Positions 47,473 through 56,316 of a stretch of DNA of 63,379 bases are shown here, one piece after another; positions within the stretch are counted from its first letter, which is position 1, and each line of letters begins with the position of its first letter. The position numbers and the translations under genes are program-made. The notes beneath the pieces are model-generated. The model ran no database searches and was not told the origin of the DNA. It saw nothing but the letters and a program-made list of their open reading frames with translations. The DNA comes from Verrucomicrobiales bacterium (GTDB lineage Bacteria > Verrucomicrobiota > Verrucomicrobiia > Verrucomicrobiales > DEV007), in the NCBI GenBank assembly GCA_047616785.1, contig JBLHHN010000001.1:1-63379 (forward strand), given 5' to 3'.

Positions 47473-48177
47473 ATGGAAGAAAGCCCCTCTCACTTGAACA
47501 TTGGGATGATCGTTTGCCTTGCTGCGTTGACCTTGGTGGTGTGGGTGACGGCGGAAGAGCTTCAGGAAAGGGGAGCCGCCGCAAAGGAGAAGTATCATGA
47601 ACACATGCAGGGGAGTGATCTGGTGGAGTCAAAGGGGAATGAGTTCTCGTTAGGATTGAGTCGTGCTTCCCGGAGACCACTGGCGGGTATTCTTGTCAAA
47701 GGACAGGCTTATTTGATTCGCTCGCCCTACGCCGATGATGGGCCGTTGATTGATGTGCAAGGGTTGTCGGTGGGGACATTGATAGAATGCCCGTCGACAG
47801 GAAGTATTCTCAAAGTTCCCTACGTCTCACAGGAAATGACCGTCGAGAGATTCATGACCCGTCGCTACGCGGTGCCCCCCTTCTTTGCTACGATCGATTC
47901 AGGCAACAGCGGTGAAGCCGCACCAGATCCCTTTGCTGAAGATGCGCTTCTGATGTCTCAAACGCGTCCTACTGCTTCCGAGATATTGAAGAGCAAGGGG
48001 ATCGATTTGGAAGAAGGCGGGAACGCCTACTTTGACGAAGCCCGCTCGGAACTCAGTGTCACGAGCACCCCAGAGAAACTTGAGCTGGTTGATGAATTCG
48101 TTGCGAACCTTATCGGACAAGCTATTCCGAAGCAGATTAAGGTCGGACCCGGGTTTGTCGAGATCCGAGAAAACTAG
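47473..48177 (+). CDS. hypothetical membrane-anchored protein with a secretin-N-like C-terminal segment
   Basis: TM helix (IGMIVCLAALTLVVWV). The C-terminal ~90 aa (ASEILKSKGIDLEEGGNAYFDEARSELSVTSTPEKLELVDEFVANL...QIKVGPGFVEIREN) resemble the N-terminal region of PVC-type secretins but stop where the secretin core would begin. Confidence 0.5.
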   Translation: MEESPSHLNIGMIVCLAALTLVVWVTAEELQERGAAAKEKYHEHMQGSDLVESKGNEFSLGLSRASRRPLAGILVKGQAYLIRSPYADDGPLIDVQGLSVGTLIECPSTGSILKVPYVSQEMTVERFMTRRYAVPPFFATIDSGNSGEAAPDPFAEDALLMSQTRPTASEILKSKGIDLEEGGNAYFDEARSELSVTSTPEKLELVDEFVANLIGQAIPKQIKVGPGFVEIREN

Positions 48178-48185
48178 CAAGATGA

Positions 48186-49037
48186 TTACAGATCCGGAAT
48201 ACCCAAGGACACACGGCCTAACCGTTCGGTGAGGCAGTTGATGACTTCTTGGCCCGTGGCGGCGTATTTCCAAATGTAAGCCACGACGTCTTCTTCTTCG
48301 AGCAAGACTTGCCAGCGCTGGAGCAACTGACGGAGTTGTCCCTTCTGCTTGGAATCGAAATGGTATTCAGCTAGGACGACTTTAAGATAAGCAGGAGCGG
48401 CCCAGCGTGTGGCGAAGGTGCTGGAAAGGTCTAGCAATTGCTCCGCGGCGGTCTCGATGGCCGGCAACTGTTTATCGATGAGAAGCGTGACGGCGGTCTT
48501 GGAGAAACGTTGCCCCGCCTGGACCCCATGATCAGAAACGATCTTGAGACAATGGACGAGTTCAGGCGCCGCAAAGTTAGAGGCGGCCGAGTAGAAACCG
48601 CTCCCCTCCATGTCCACTAACATCTTGGCAGCAATGAGGCTCTCGGGTTCTGACATGGTGACGAGGGCTTCGGTCTTGATCCCCTCAAAGATGGTCGGCG
48701 GATAGTAGGCCGTGCCAAGGGTGGTGTCCGTGATCTTATGGGCTGCGCGGATCTCACCAAGCGAGATCGTGGCATGCCCAGCCACGCCAACATTCAGCCA
48801 GGCAACCGCTTTATTCGCCTGGCTCAAGCCTGCGAGGTACGCGGTCGCGATCCCTGCAGCATGACGCCCAACACCACTGACAATCAGCCAATGCAACCGA
48901 TTTTCATCATGATAGATACGGAACGGATGCTCGCCTGCAATGGGATGCAAACTCAGAAGGCGAATGATCGGAGCGGCTTCACAGGGAAGAGCTACGACCA
49001 AGCGCAGACCGAGAGCAGGCGTGGACGTCTCGTCCAT
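48186..49037 (-). CDS. phosphorylase-superfamily (PNP/UDP/MTA-nucleosidase fold)-like protein with a C-terminal helical extension
   Basis: LRLVVALPCEAAPII.., WLIVSGVGRHAAGIATAYL, NVGVAGH and VDMEGSGFY resemble the nucleoside phosphorylase/nucleosidase fold. It starts 3 nt after the rapA stop. Confidence 0.55.
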   Translation of the reverse strand: MDETSTPALGLRLVVALPCEAAPIIRLLSLHPIAGEHPFRIYHDENRLHWLIVSGVGRHAAGIATAYLAGLSQANKAVAWLNVGVAGHATISLGEIRAAHKITDTTLGTAYYPPTIFEGIKTEALVTMSEPESLIAAKMLVDMEGSGFYSAASNFAAPELVHCLKIVSDHGVQAGQRFSKTAVTLLIDKQLPAIETAAEQLLDLSSTFATRWAAPAYLKVVLAEYHFDSKQKGQLRQLLQRWQVLLEEEDVVAYIWKYAATGQEVINCLTERLGRVSLGIPDL

Positions 49038-49040
49038 GGA

Positions 49041-51935
49041 TCAGTCATCTCCCTTATAGAGAAGCCTCATGGAGTCCAGCCGGAGCCTTGCCCCCGCCAT
49101 GACCGTTTCCAATTCCGTAAGACAGGCCTCGGCCATTTCGATCTCTTCCTCCCGCACGTGATCATTGATCGAACGCAAGTGACGGAGACGGTCGACCTCC
49201 ATGCGTAGACGCGTCCGCATCTCGACACGATTTCCCGAGATAATGTCAGGCACCTGTTCCTGAGCAACCTTCTCGGCAAACGTTTGAAGCTTGGGCAAGA
49301 GATCTTGCAAGATGTGAATGTTCTTCTGAACCCACTGCGGTTTACCAGAGCGAATGTAGTCCCCCATGTTCTCCGAAGCGATGGTGTTGGAGTAGTCTTC
49401 GTTCCGGTGATTGACCAAGACACGGATGGGTGTGGCAGGGAAGAAACGATCTGCATTCAGGTGGGTTGGAGCGATGCATTCCAACACATAGACGCTCTCG
49501 AGGAAGAGCATCTTCGGTCCAGTGGCGTCCATGTAGGCGAAGGCGCAGTTGCCCTGTTCCGACCCTAACAACAGATCGATCGAGCCACGCACCATGGGAT
49601 GATCCCAGGTGAGAAACTGCATCTCCTCACGCTTCAATGCCAAGGAGCGATCAAGAGTCATGGAAATCCCCTCTTCTGGTAGATTCGGAAAGCCATCCGT
49701 GTAGACATGATCTGGCTTGAGATGATACACGCGAGGCTGCAACTCCTCGACGGTGACGCCAAAGTGATCCAGCATGCGAAGGAAGTACTGTTCCAGCTCT
49801 TGATCCTCGTCTGCCTTGGCGATCTCGTCGACCAACTGCAATGCTGGCTCGTCTCGGAATGAATTCAGCTCTAACAGGTGATCGCGCCCGGCTTCGAGTT
49901 CACGTACGGTTTCCGTATGGAAGGCGGATGTTTCTTCTAGCAGAGTATCGAATCTCTTCTTTTCGAACCTGCCTGAAGAGTCAACTTTCTCCATTAGAGA
50001 AGTCAGCGTTTCGCCGAACTGCTTGACGTAGCGATGCCCAGATTGCTGACAAGTCTCGAAGGCATCCAAGCCTTCATGATACCAGCGAACCAACATCTCT
50101 TGGCCCGTCTTGGCAATGAACGGCACGAAGATCTGAATGGTCTCTGTCTGCCCGATACGATCCAGCCGCCCGATCCGCTGCTCAAGAAGTGCGGGATCCA
50201 ATGGCAGGTCTAACAAGATCAAACGATGCGCAAACTGGAAGTTCCGCCCCTCACTACCGATCTCGGAGCACAGAAGAATCTGCGCGCCATCGTCTTCAGC
50301 AAAGTAGGCGGCACTGCGATCGCGCTGGATGAGAGTCATGCCTTCGTGGAAGGCCCCCATTCGGATACTGATCTCTGCACGCAGAGCTTCTTCGATCGCT
50401 TCGACACGTTCTTGGGTCGAGCAAATAAGGAGGACTTTATCGTTTGGCTTCAGTTCGCGGAGGAACTCTGCGAGCCACTCGATGTGGGCTTTCTCACCGG
50501 CGTCTTTGAGAGGAACGAGATTCACTTTGCGCTCAGGGAAGCCACGCATGGCAGAGCGTCTGTTGCGGAACATGACGCGTCCCGTGCCATACTGGTCTAA
50601 CAAGTCCTCCAGAAGCTTGCCACGACATCCACGATCTTCCATGGCCGCACCTTCGATGAGATTGGCAATTTCATCTGAAGTGTAGTGTGAGAACAACGTT
50701 TTCAGTTGCTTCCAATGATCATTCGTCATCGTCTCGCGGCCTAACAAGCCATCGGCAAGACGCGCGATTTCTTCATAGTGCGCAGTCTGATCCATGAAGC
50801 TCTTGAGATCCGGATAGCGATCCGGATCGAGCAATTTCAAGCGCGCGAAGTGGCCTTCGCGACCAAGTTGCTCAGGCGTCGCCGTGAGCAGGATCAAGCA
50901 GCGAATGGTTTCCGCGAGTTTCTCTACGAGAGCATAGGATGGGCTGACTTCCGTGGAGGACCATTCCAAATGATGCGCTTCGTCAACGATCAAGAGATCC
51001 CAGCCCGCATCGATCACCTGTTGACCACGCTCTTCGTTCTCCGCGATGAAATCAGTCGAGCAAAGGACAAACTGTTCCTCTAAGAAGGGATTCACGGGCC
51101 CCATCTCTGGCTCCTCTTCTTCTACCTCTACCTCTTCCTCGGCAGCCGCATCTTTGCTCTTCTTGGCCACGACCTTCTTCTTGGCCTTGGCTTTCTTCTT
51201 TGGACGAGGCCCCTGACGATCTTCTTCTTCCTCGATCGAACGGCAACGTTCCTCATCGAAGATCGAGAAAGACGTCTGGAAACGGCGCAGCAATTCCACG
51301 AACCACTGATGCAACAGGGATTCTGGGACCAAGATGAGCACGCGCTTGGCCCGTCCAGTGAGCACGAGGCGCATGAGAATCAGACCAGCCTCGATCGTCT
51401 TACCCAAGCCCACCTCATCTGCGAGCAGCACGCGAGGCGCGTAGCGGGAGGAGACTTCTTGGGCCACATAGAGCTGATGGGGGATCAGTTCCATCCGAGT
51501 GCCCTGGAATCCACGTAGTCGAGATCTCCGCATGTTGAACTGGCTCCGCAGTGTCTCGTGGCGGAGATCGAAAAGCTCCATCGGATCCGCATGCCCAGCC
51601 AGCAGGCGGTCTTGAGGCTTATTAAAGCTAAGGTAGTCGGCCAACTCAGACTCGTTCACCTCAAGATCACCATCACCATAATAGTAGAAGAGATGGCTCT
51701 TCTCCTTGATGTCGCTGATCTGGATACGAGATCCGTCCCGAGTGGAAATGGCCTCGCCCTTGGAGAAACGGACCCGTTTGAGCGGGGCATTCTCCACGGT
51801 GTAAGTACGAGCTTCCTCATGAGCAGGGAACTGGATGGTCACTCGACCACCCTCGACTTCCTGAACGATTCCGAGCCCAAGCTCGGGTTCCATGCTGCTA
51901 ACCCAGCGTTGCCCTATTACAAAATTCACGATCAC
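49041..51935 (-). CDS. rapA: RNA polymerase-associated SNF2/Swi2 ATPase RapA (HepA)
   Basis: RapA-type N-terminus (GQRWVSSMEPELGLGIV), Walker A DEVGLGKT and motif II LLIVDEAHHLE, 964 aa. The start is a GTG. Confidence 0.9.
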   Translation of the reverse strand: MIVNFVIGQRWVSSMEPELGLGIVQEVEGGRVTIQFPAHEEARTYTVENAPLKRVRFSKGEAISTRDGSRIQISDIKEKSHLFYYYGDGDLEVNESELADYLSFNKPQDRLLAGHADPMELFDLRHETLRSQFNMRRSRLRGFQGTRMELIPHQLYVAQEVSSRYAPRVLLADEVGLGKTIEAGLILMRLVLTGRAKRVLILVPESLLHQWFVELLRRFQTSFSIFDEERCRSIEEEEDRQGPRPKKKAKAKKKVVAKKSKDAAAEEEVEVEEEEPEMGPVNPFLEEQFVLCSTDFIAENEERGQQVIDAGWDLLIVDEAHHLEWSSTEVSPSYALVEKLAETIRCLILLTATPEQLGREGHFARLKLLDPDRYPDLKSFMDQTAHYEEIARLADGLLGRETMTNDHWKQLKTLFSHYTSDEIANLIEGAAMEDRGCRGKLLEDLLDQYGTGRVMFRNRRSAMRGFPERKVNLVPLKDAGEKAHIEWLAEFLRELKPNDKVLLICSTQERVEAIEEALRAEISIRMGAFHEGMTLIQRDRSAAYFAEDDGAQILLCSEIGSEGRNFQFAHRLILLDLPLDPALLEQRIGRLDRIGQTETIQIFVPFIAKTGQEMLVRWYHEGLDAFETCQQSGHRYVKQFGETLTSLMEKVDSSGRFEKKRFDTLLEETSAFHTETVRELEAGRDHLLELNSFRDEPALQLVDEIAKADEDQELEQYFLRMLDHFGVTVEELQPRVYHLKPDHVYTDGFPNLPEEGISMTLDRSLALKREEMQFLTWDHPMVRGSIDLLLGSEQGNCAFAYMDATGPKMLFLESVYVLECIAPTHLNADRFFPATPIRVLVNHRNEDYSNTIASENMGDYIRSGKPQWVQKNIHILQDLLPKLQTFAEKVAQEQVPDIISGNRVEMRTRLRMEVDRLRHLRSINDHVREEEIEMAEACLTELETVMAGARLRLDSMRLLYKGDD

Positions 51936-52095
51936 TATTAATCTATCTGGTTATTCAACCGTCTCTAGTTATTCAGACCTCTACTCCGCTTCAAGTTTTA
52001 TTCGCGGGTTTAAAGAAGCTATTCTTTCTCGGGCTCTATTACATAGCGCCATAGGGCTTGCCTTGCTTGGATCTTCCTGTCTACTTTCGGGTTTT

Positions 52096-52947
52096 ATGAA
52101 AATTGGGTTCAACCTCTTGCTGTGGTCGACTCACTTCGTTGAAAGTGAGTTTCCTATTCTCGAAAAACTGAAAGCTGTGGGCTACGATGGGGTCGAAGTT
52201 CCCATCTTTGTTACCAGCGATCTGGGGCATTTTGAGAAAATTGGTGAGGCTCTGAAGAATCAGGGGCTCAAAGCGACCGCTGTGACGGTCATTCCTGATG
52301 AGGAACACAACCCACTCAGCGCCAATGCGGAGCATCGCGCTGGCGCCGTAACCCATCTGAAGCGGGTCCTGGACTGTGCTCAAGCTTTCGGGGCCGAAAC
52401 GCTTTGCGGACCTTTCTACCAACCTCTCGGCGAGTTCACCGGGGAAGGTGCCACGGAAGAGGAACTCTCCCGTGCGGCGGAAGTGCATCGCGAAGTCGCC
52501 ACTCACGCGCAGAATGCTGGCGTCGTAATCGGGATCGAGAGTCTAAATCGGTTCGAGGCCTATTTCCTCAACACGATCGAACAGGCGGCCGCCTACGTGA
52601 AGCGGGTCGATCACCCGAACTTTGGCACCATGTTTGACACGTTCCACGCGAATATTGAAGAGAAGGACCCCATCGGCACGTTAGAAGCGAATATCGAGGT
52701 GATTCGTCACATCCATATTTCGGAAAATGATCGCGGCACTCCGGGCAAAGGGCACTGCCCCATTGTCGAGACGATCCAGACGGCCAAGAAGCTGGGCTAC
52801 GATCAGTGGCTGACGATTGAGGCTTTCGGACGTGCCTTGCCAGATCTCGCCGCAGCTACCCGTGTGTGGCGTGATTTCTTCCCCAGCCAAGAGGAAGTCT
52901 ACACCGAAGGCTACAAATTGATCCGAGAGACCTGGGATCAAGCCTAA
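52096..52947 (+). CDS. sugar phosphate isomerase/epimerase (xylose-isomerase-like TIM barrel)
   Basis: MKIGFNLLLWS.., GYDGVEVPIF, HISENDRG and LTIEAF are typical of the AP-endonuclease-2/xylose-isomerase-like fold. The upstream part of ORF 51892.. overlaps the rapA start and is not coding. Confidence 0.85.
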   Translation: MKIGFNLLLWSTHFVESEFPILEKLKAVGYDGVEVPIFVTSDLGHFEKIGEALKNQGLKATAVTVIPDEEHNPLSANAEHRAGAVTHLKRVLDCAQAFGAETLCGPFYQPLGEFTGEGATEEELSRAAEVHREVATHAQNAGVVIGIESLNRFEAYFLNTIEQAAAYVKRVDHPNFGTMFDTFHANIEEKDPIGTLEANIEVIRHIHISENDRGTPGKGHCPIVETIQTAKKLGYDQWLTIEAFGRALPDLAAATRVWRDFFPSQEEVYTEGYKLIRETWDQA

Positions 52948-52992
52948 CCAAACTGAATTTCCCACTAAAACTCACAAACCAACATCGACATC

Positions 52993-53988
52993 ATGCGAAG
53001 CTTATTACTCAGCTGCCTTCTTGCAGTGCCCACACTAGCGTTTGCCCAGGACGGCTGGGAAACGATCTTTGACGGAAAGACACTCAAAGGCTGGGATGGC
53101 GATCCCAAGTTCTGGAGTGTGGAGGATGGCACTCTCACCGGCGCCACCACGGCGGACAATCCCACCGATGGCAACACCTTCATCATCTGGACCGGCGGCG
53201 AGCCTGGTGATTTCGAGCTCAAGTTCCAATACAAGATTGTCGCCGGAAACTCTGGCGTGCAGTACCGCAGTTTCAAATTGCCGAAAGCCAAGGACCAGTG
53301 GCGCCTTGGTGGTTACCAAGCAGACATCGATTCTGGAGACACCTACTCTGGGATTCTGTATGGCGAAGCGTTTCGTGGTATCCTCGCAAATCGCGGTCTC
53401 ATCACGACCTTGAATGAAGAAGGCAAGCCGACCACGGTGGGAACATTAGGAGACTCCAGCGCCATCCAAGCGAAGATCAAGAAAGAAGACTGGAATGATT
53501 ATCACGTCATCGCCAAAGACTATCACTTCACCCACATCATCAATGGTGTGCATACAGCCGAGTGCACGGACGAAGACACCGATGTGCGCCGCAAAGATGG
53601 TTTGTTAGGGCTTCAGCTTCATGCGGGCCCCCCTATGAAGATCCAGTTCCGTGATATCAAGATCAAGCAAGTCGCCGCCAAGACCACGTCTTCACAAGGC
53701 AAGACTCCAGAATCGGTGGCTAAGAAAGGTCCAGCCCCTAGCGATGACATCAATCAATTCGTGCTCCAGGTCACGGCCAACGGTGGTTACGTTCTCAAGA
53801 CAAAAGCGCTCACCGAGAGTGCTCTGACTGAAATCCTCAAAGGTCTGGCTGAGATGAACCCTGAAGCCAAGATTCGCATTCAGCCAGCCAAAGGAGCCTC
53901 GAAGGATCTTGTGAAACAAGCCCGCGCTGCCGCTAAAGAAGCCGGGGTTTCTGTTCAAGCAGGAAAGAAGAAACGTAAGGGCAATTAG
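52993..53988 (+). CDS. DUF1080 (3-keto-disaccharide hydrolase-like) lectin-fold protein with an ExbD/TolR-like C-terminal extension
   Basis: Signal peptide. DUF1080 signatures are present (GWETIFDGKTLKGWDG, WSVEDGTLTG, GNSGVQYRS, GLQLHAGPPMKIQFRDIKIK). The ~100-aa tail (FVLQVTANGGYVLKTKALTESALTEILKGLAEMNPEAKIRIQPAKGASKDLV) is patterned like ExbD periplasmic domains. Confidence 0.8.
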   Translation: MRSLLLSCLLAVPTLAFAQDGWETIFDGKTLKGWDGDPKFWSVEDGTLTGATTADNPTDGNTFIIWTGGEPGDFELKFQYKIVAGNSGVQYRSFKLPKAKDQWRLGGYQADIDSGDTYSGILYGEAFRGILANRGLITTLNEEGKPTTVGTLGDSSAIQAKIKKEDWNDYHVIAKDYHFTHIINGVHTAECTDEDTDVRRKDGLLGLQLHAGPPMKIQFRDIKIKQVAAKTTSSQGKTPESVAKKGPAPSDDINQFVLQVTANGGYVLKTKALTESALTEILKGLAEMNPEAKIRIQPAKGASKDLVKQARAAAKEAGVSVQAGKKKRKGN

Positions 53989-54036
53989 ACCTTCCATCGC
54001 ACTCTCACTCAGTCCAATACTCACTTACCAACTCAC

Positions 54037-55392
54037 ATGAAGATACCTATCGAGCCCAACGCACCGACGCTGAAGAGCACGCGTCGCAAATTTCTAGGAA
54101 CCTCCGCTGCCGCAGGAGCTGTCGCAGCTCTGCCAGCCTCCCTCTCCGCTCAAGTGGAAGGGAACAGCACGCTGAAGCTCGCGCTTATCGGTTGTGGTGG
54201 TCGCGGCACGGGTGCCGCAAACCAGAACCTCACCACCGAAGGCACCAAGCTCGTCGCCATGGCGGATGTCTTCCGCGGCGAAGGCACAGACTCCACCGGC
54301 ATCGAGAAGGCGCTCGAGAATTTGAACCAACGCCACAAGGACAAGATTGACGTGCCAGATGAGAACAAGTTCGTCGGTTTCGATGGCTACCTCAAAGCGA
54401 TCGAAGTGGCGGACATTGTCATTCTCACCACGCCTCCAGGTTTCCGTCCGATGATGATCGAAGCGGCGGTGGAAGCCGGGAAACACATTTTCTCAGAGAA
54501 GCCTGTCTGCGTCGATGCGCCGGGTTATCGTCGCGTCTTGGCCGCCGCTAAGAAGGCTGATGAGAAGGGACTCAAATGTGTGGTGGGTCTTCAGCGTCAC
54601 TATCAGAAGAGTTATCTCGAGACTCTCGCTAAAATCAAGAGCGGCATGATTGGGGACATTGTCAGCGCTCAAGTGTGGTGGAACGGCGCTGGTGTCTGGG
54701 TGCGCAATCGTCAGCCAGAAGACACCGAGATGCGCTATCAGTGCCGCAACTGGTACTACTTCAACTGGCTCTGCGGAGATAACATCACCGAACAGCACAT
54801 TCACAATCTCGACGTCGCCAACTGGTACATTGGTGCAGACAGGGGCAAAGAGTTCGCTCATCCTATCAGCGCACAAGGCATGGGCGGTCGCGAAGTTCGC
54901 GATGGCGATGCTAGATTCGGAGAGATCTTTGATCACCACTACGTCGAATTCCGGTATGAGAATGGCATCATCGTGAACAGCCAATGTCGTCATCAACCCA
55001 AGACATGGTCGAAGGTGGCTGAAGAATTTCTCGGCACCAACGGGCGTGCCTCTGAAGGTAAGATCACCAATCGCGCGGGCGATCAGACGATGTGGAGTCA
55101 CCGCGGCAGGAACGATGAGAATCCCTACCAAGTGGAGCACAACGTCTTGCTTGAGCACATCAAAGAGGACAAGCCTATCAATAACCTCTACTACGGGGCG
55201 AACAGCTCCATGACCTCCGTCTTCGGACGCATGTGCACCTACTCTGGCAAAGAGCTCAAGTGGGAAGATGCGATCAAGTCAGACAAGTCGGACTTCCCAG
55301 ACGTGCTCGCTTGGGATGCCATGCCGAAAGTCCTTCCTGGTGAGGACGGTCTCTACCCAGTGCCTGTGCCTGGTGTGACGGAAGTTATTTAA
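54037..55392 (+). CDS. Tat-signal Gfo/Idh/MocA family oxidoreductase
   Basis: Twin-arginine signal (TRRKFLGTSAAAGAVAAL), Rossmann LIGCGGRG and FSEKPV. Confidence 0.9.
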   Translation: MKIPIEPNAPTLKSTRRKFLGTSAAAGAVAALPASLSAQVEGNSTLKLALIGCGGRGTGAANQNLTTEGTKLVAMADVFRGEGTDSTGIEKALENLNQRHKDKIDVPDENKFVGFDGYLKAIEVADIVILTTPPGFRPMMIEAAVEAGKHIFSEKPVCVDAPGYRRVLAAAKKADEKGLKCVVGLQRHYQKSYLETLAKIKSGMIGDIVSAQVWWNGAGVWVRNRQPEDTEMRYQCRNWYYFNWLCGDNITEQHIHNLDVANWYIGADRGKEFAHPISAQGMGGREVRDGDARFGEIFDHHYVEFRYENGIIVNSQCRHQPKTWSKVAEEFLGTNGRASEGKITNRAGDQTMWSHRGRNDENPYQVEHNVLLEHIKEDKPINNLYYGANSSMTSVFGRMCTYSGKELKWEDAIKSDKSDFPDVLAWDAMPKVLPGEDGLYPVPVPGVTEVI

Positions 55393-55400
55393 GTGACGCC

Positions 55401-56198
55401 GTGATATCTTCGGCGCTGATTTACTCAGCACTCCTTTTCAACCTGACGCTCATCTCGGCTTCCGAGTTGAAGCGTCAGGTTGAACCTTCTGTCTTCAAGC
55501 TCATCGTTACCCTGAGCGATGGCCAGGAATCGGCCGGCACCGGTTTCTTGATCTCGGATACCGGGCACATGGTGACGAACAATCACGTCATCGACGGAGC
55601 TTCCAAGATCATCGCCGAGAACAATGGCCAAATCAGGATCCCCGTGAAGCGAGGTTTCTACGCCCGCAATGAGGATCATGATCTGGCCATCATTCAGTTA
55701 GACTTGAATCAGGCTCCTGGCGGCTTCATCGCTCGACCACTCCAACTCGCAAATGACACCAAAGCGATGGGCGGAGGTGAGGAAATCTATGTGTTAGGCC
55801 ATCCAGGCGGTGAAAAGATTGCCGAATTCACTATAGGGAGCATCACCGCAGTCGAGCAAGAACCGCGCAAATTGCGTTTCGACGCGTCCATCCACCGCGG
55901 GTCCTCCGGATCTCCCATGTTCAATGCGATGAATGGCGAAGTGATAGGCGTGGTCTACAGTTTCTGGACAGGGGCCGCGAAGCTCAACTACGCGACCCCG
56001 GTCGAGTACCTTCATGAGATGTTAGCGAAGCTCGACGTAGACCCCATTCTCTTGCCCTTCCGGACACCTGCTAAGAGCAGCAAGCGGTTCGGATCTGGCA
56101 GCGGTAGCAGCAGCGGGCTCCCTATCAATCTCATCATCTCTGTCGCCTTCTTCGCCGCCGTCTACTTCGGCATCCGCCGAATCCTCCGCGCAGCGTGA
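55401..56198 (+). CDS. trypsin-like (S1/S1C) serine protease with a C-terminal membrane anchor
   Basis: Catalytic triad contexts TNNHVI, DLAIIQL and GSSGSPMF. It has an N-terminal signal and a C-terminal TM helix (LIISVAFFAAVYFGI). The start is a GTG. Confidence 0.75.
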   Translation: MISSALIYSALLFNLTLISASELKRQVEPSVFKLIVTLSDGQESAGTGFLISDTGHMVTNNHVIDGASKIIAENNGQIRIPVKRGFYARNEDHDLAIIQLDLNQAPGGFIARPLQLANDTKAMGGGEEIYVLGHPGGEKIAEFTIGSITAVEQEPRKLRFDASIHRGSSGSPMFNAMNGEVIGVVYSFWTGAAKLNYATPVEYLHEMLAKLDVDPILLPFRTPAKSSKRFGSGSGSSSGLPINLIISVAFFAAVYFGIRRILRAA

Positions 56199-56316
56199 TG
56201 GAAAAATGTAGCATCGGCTTCCGGCCTGGCACTTTCGCGAAGCGCCGCAGCCTCGAAGCCTCCACTCACGATTCTTCTAGCTTGCGTCCAATAGAGTCGC
56301 CCTTGAGGATTCTCTC

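Noticed and set aside
51892-52095. N-terminal 68 codons of ORF 51892..52947 (MLLTQRCPITKFTITINLSG...).
   Set aside because: They overlap the rapA start and an AT-rich intergenic region. The TIM-barrel homology begins at MKIGFNLLLW (52096).
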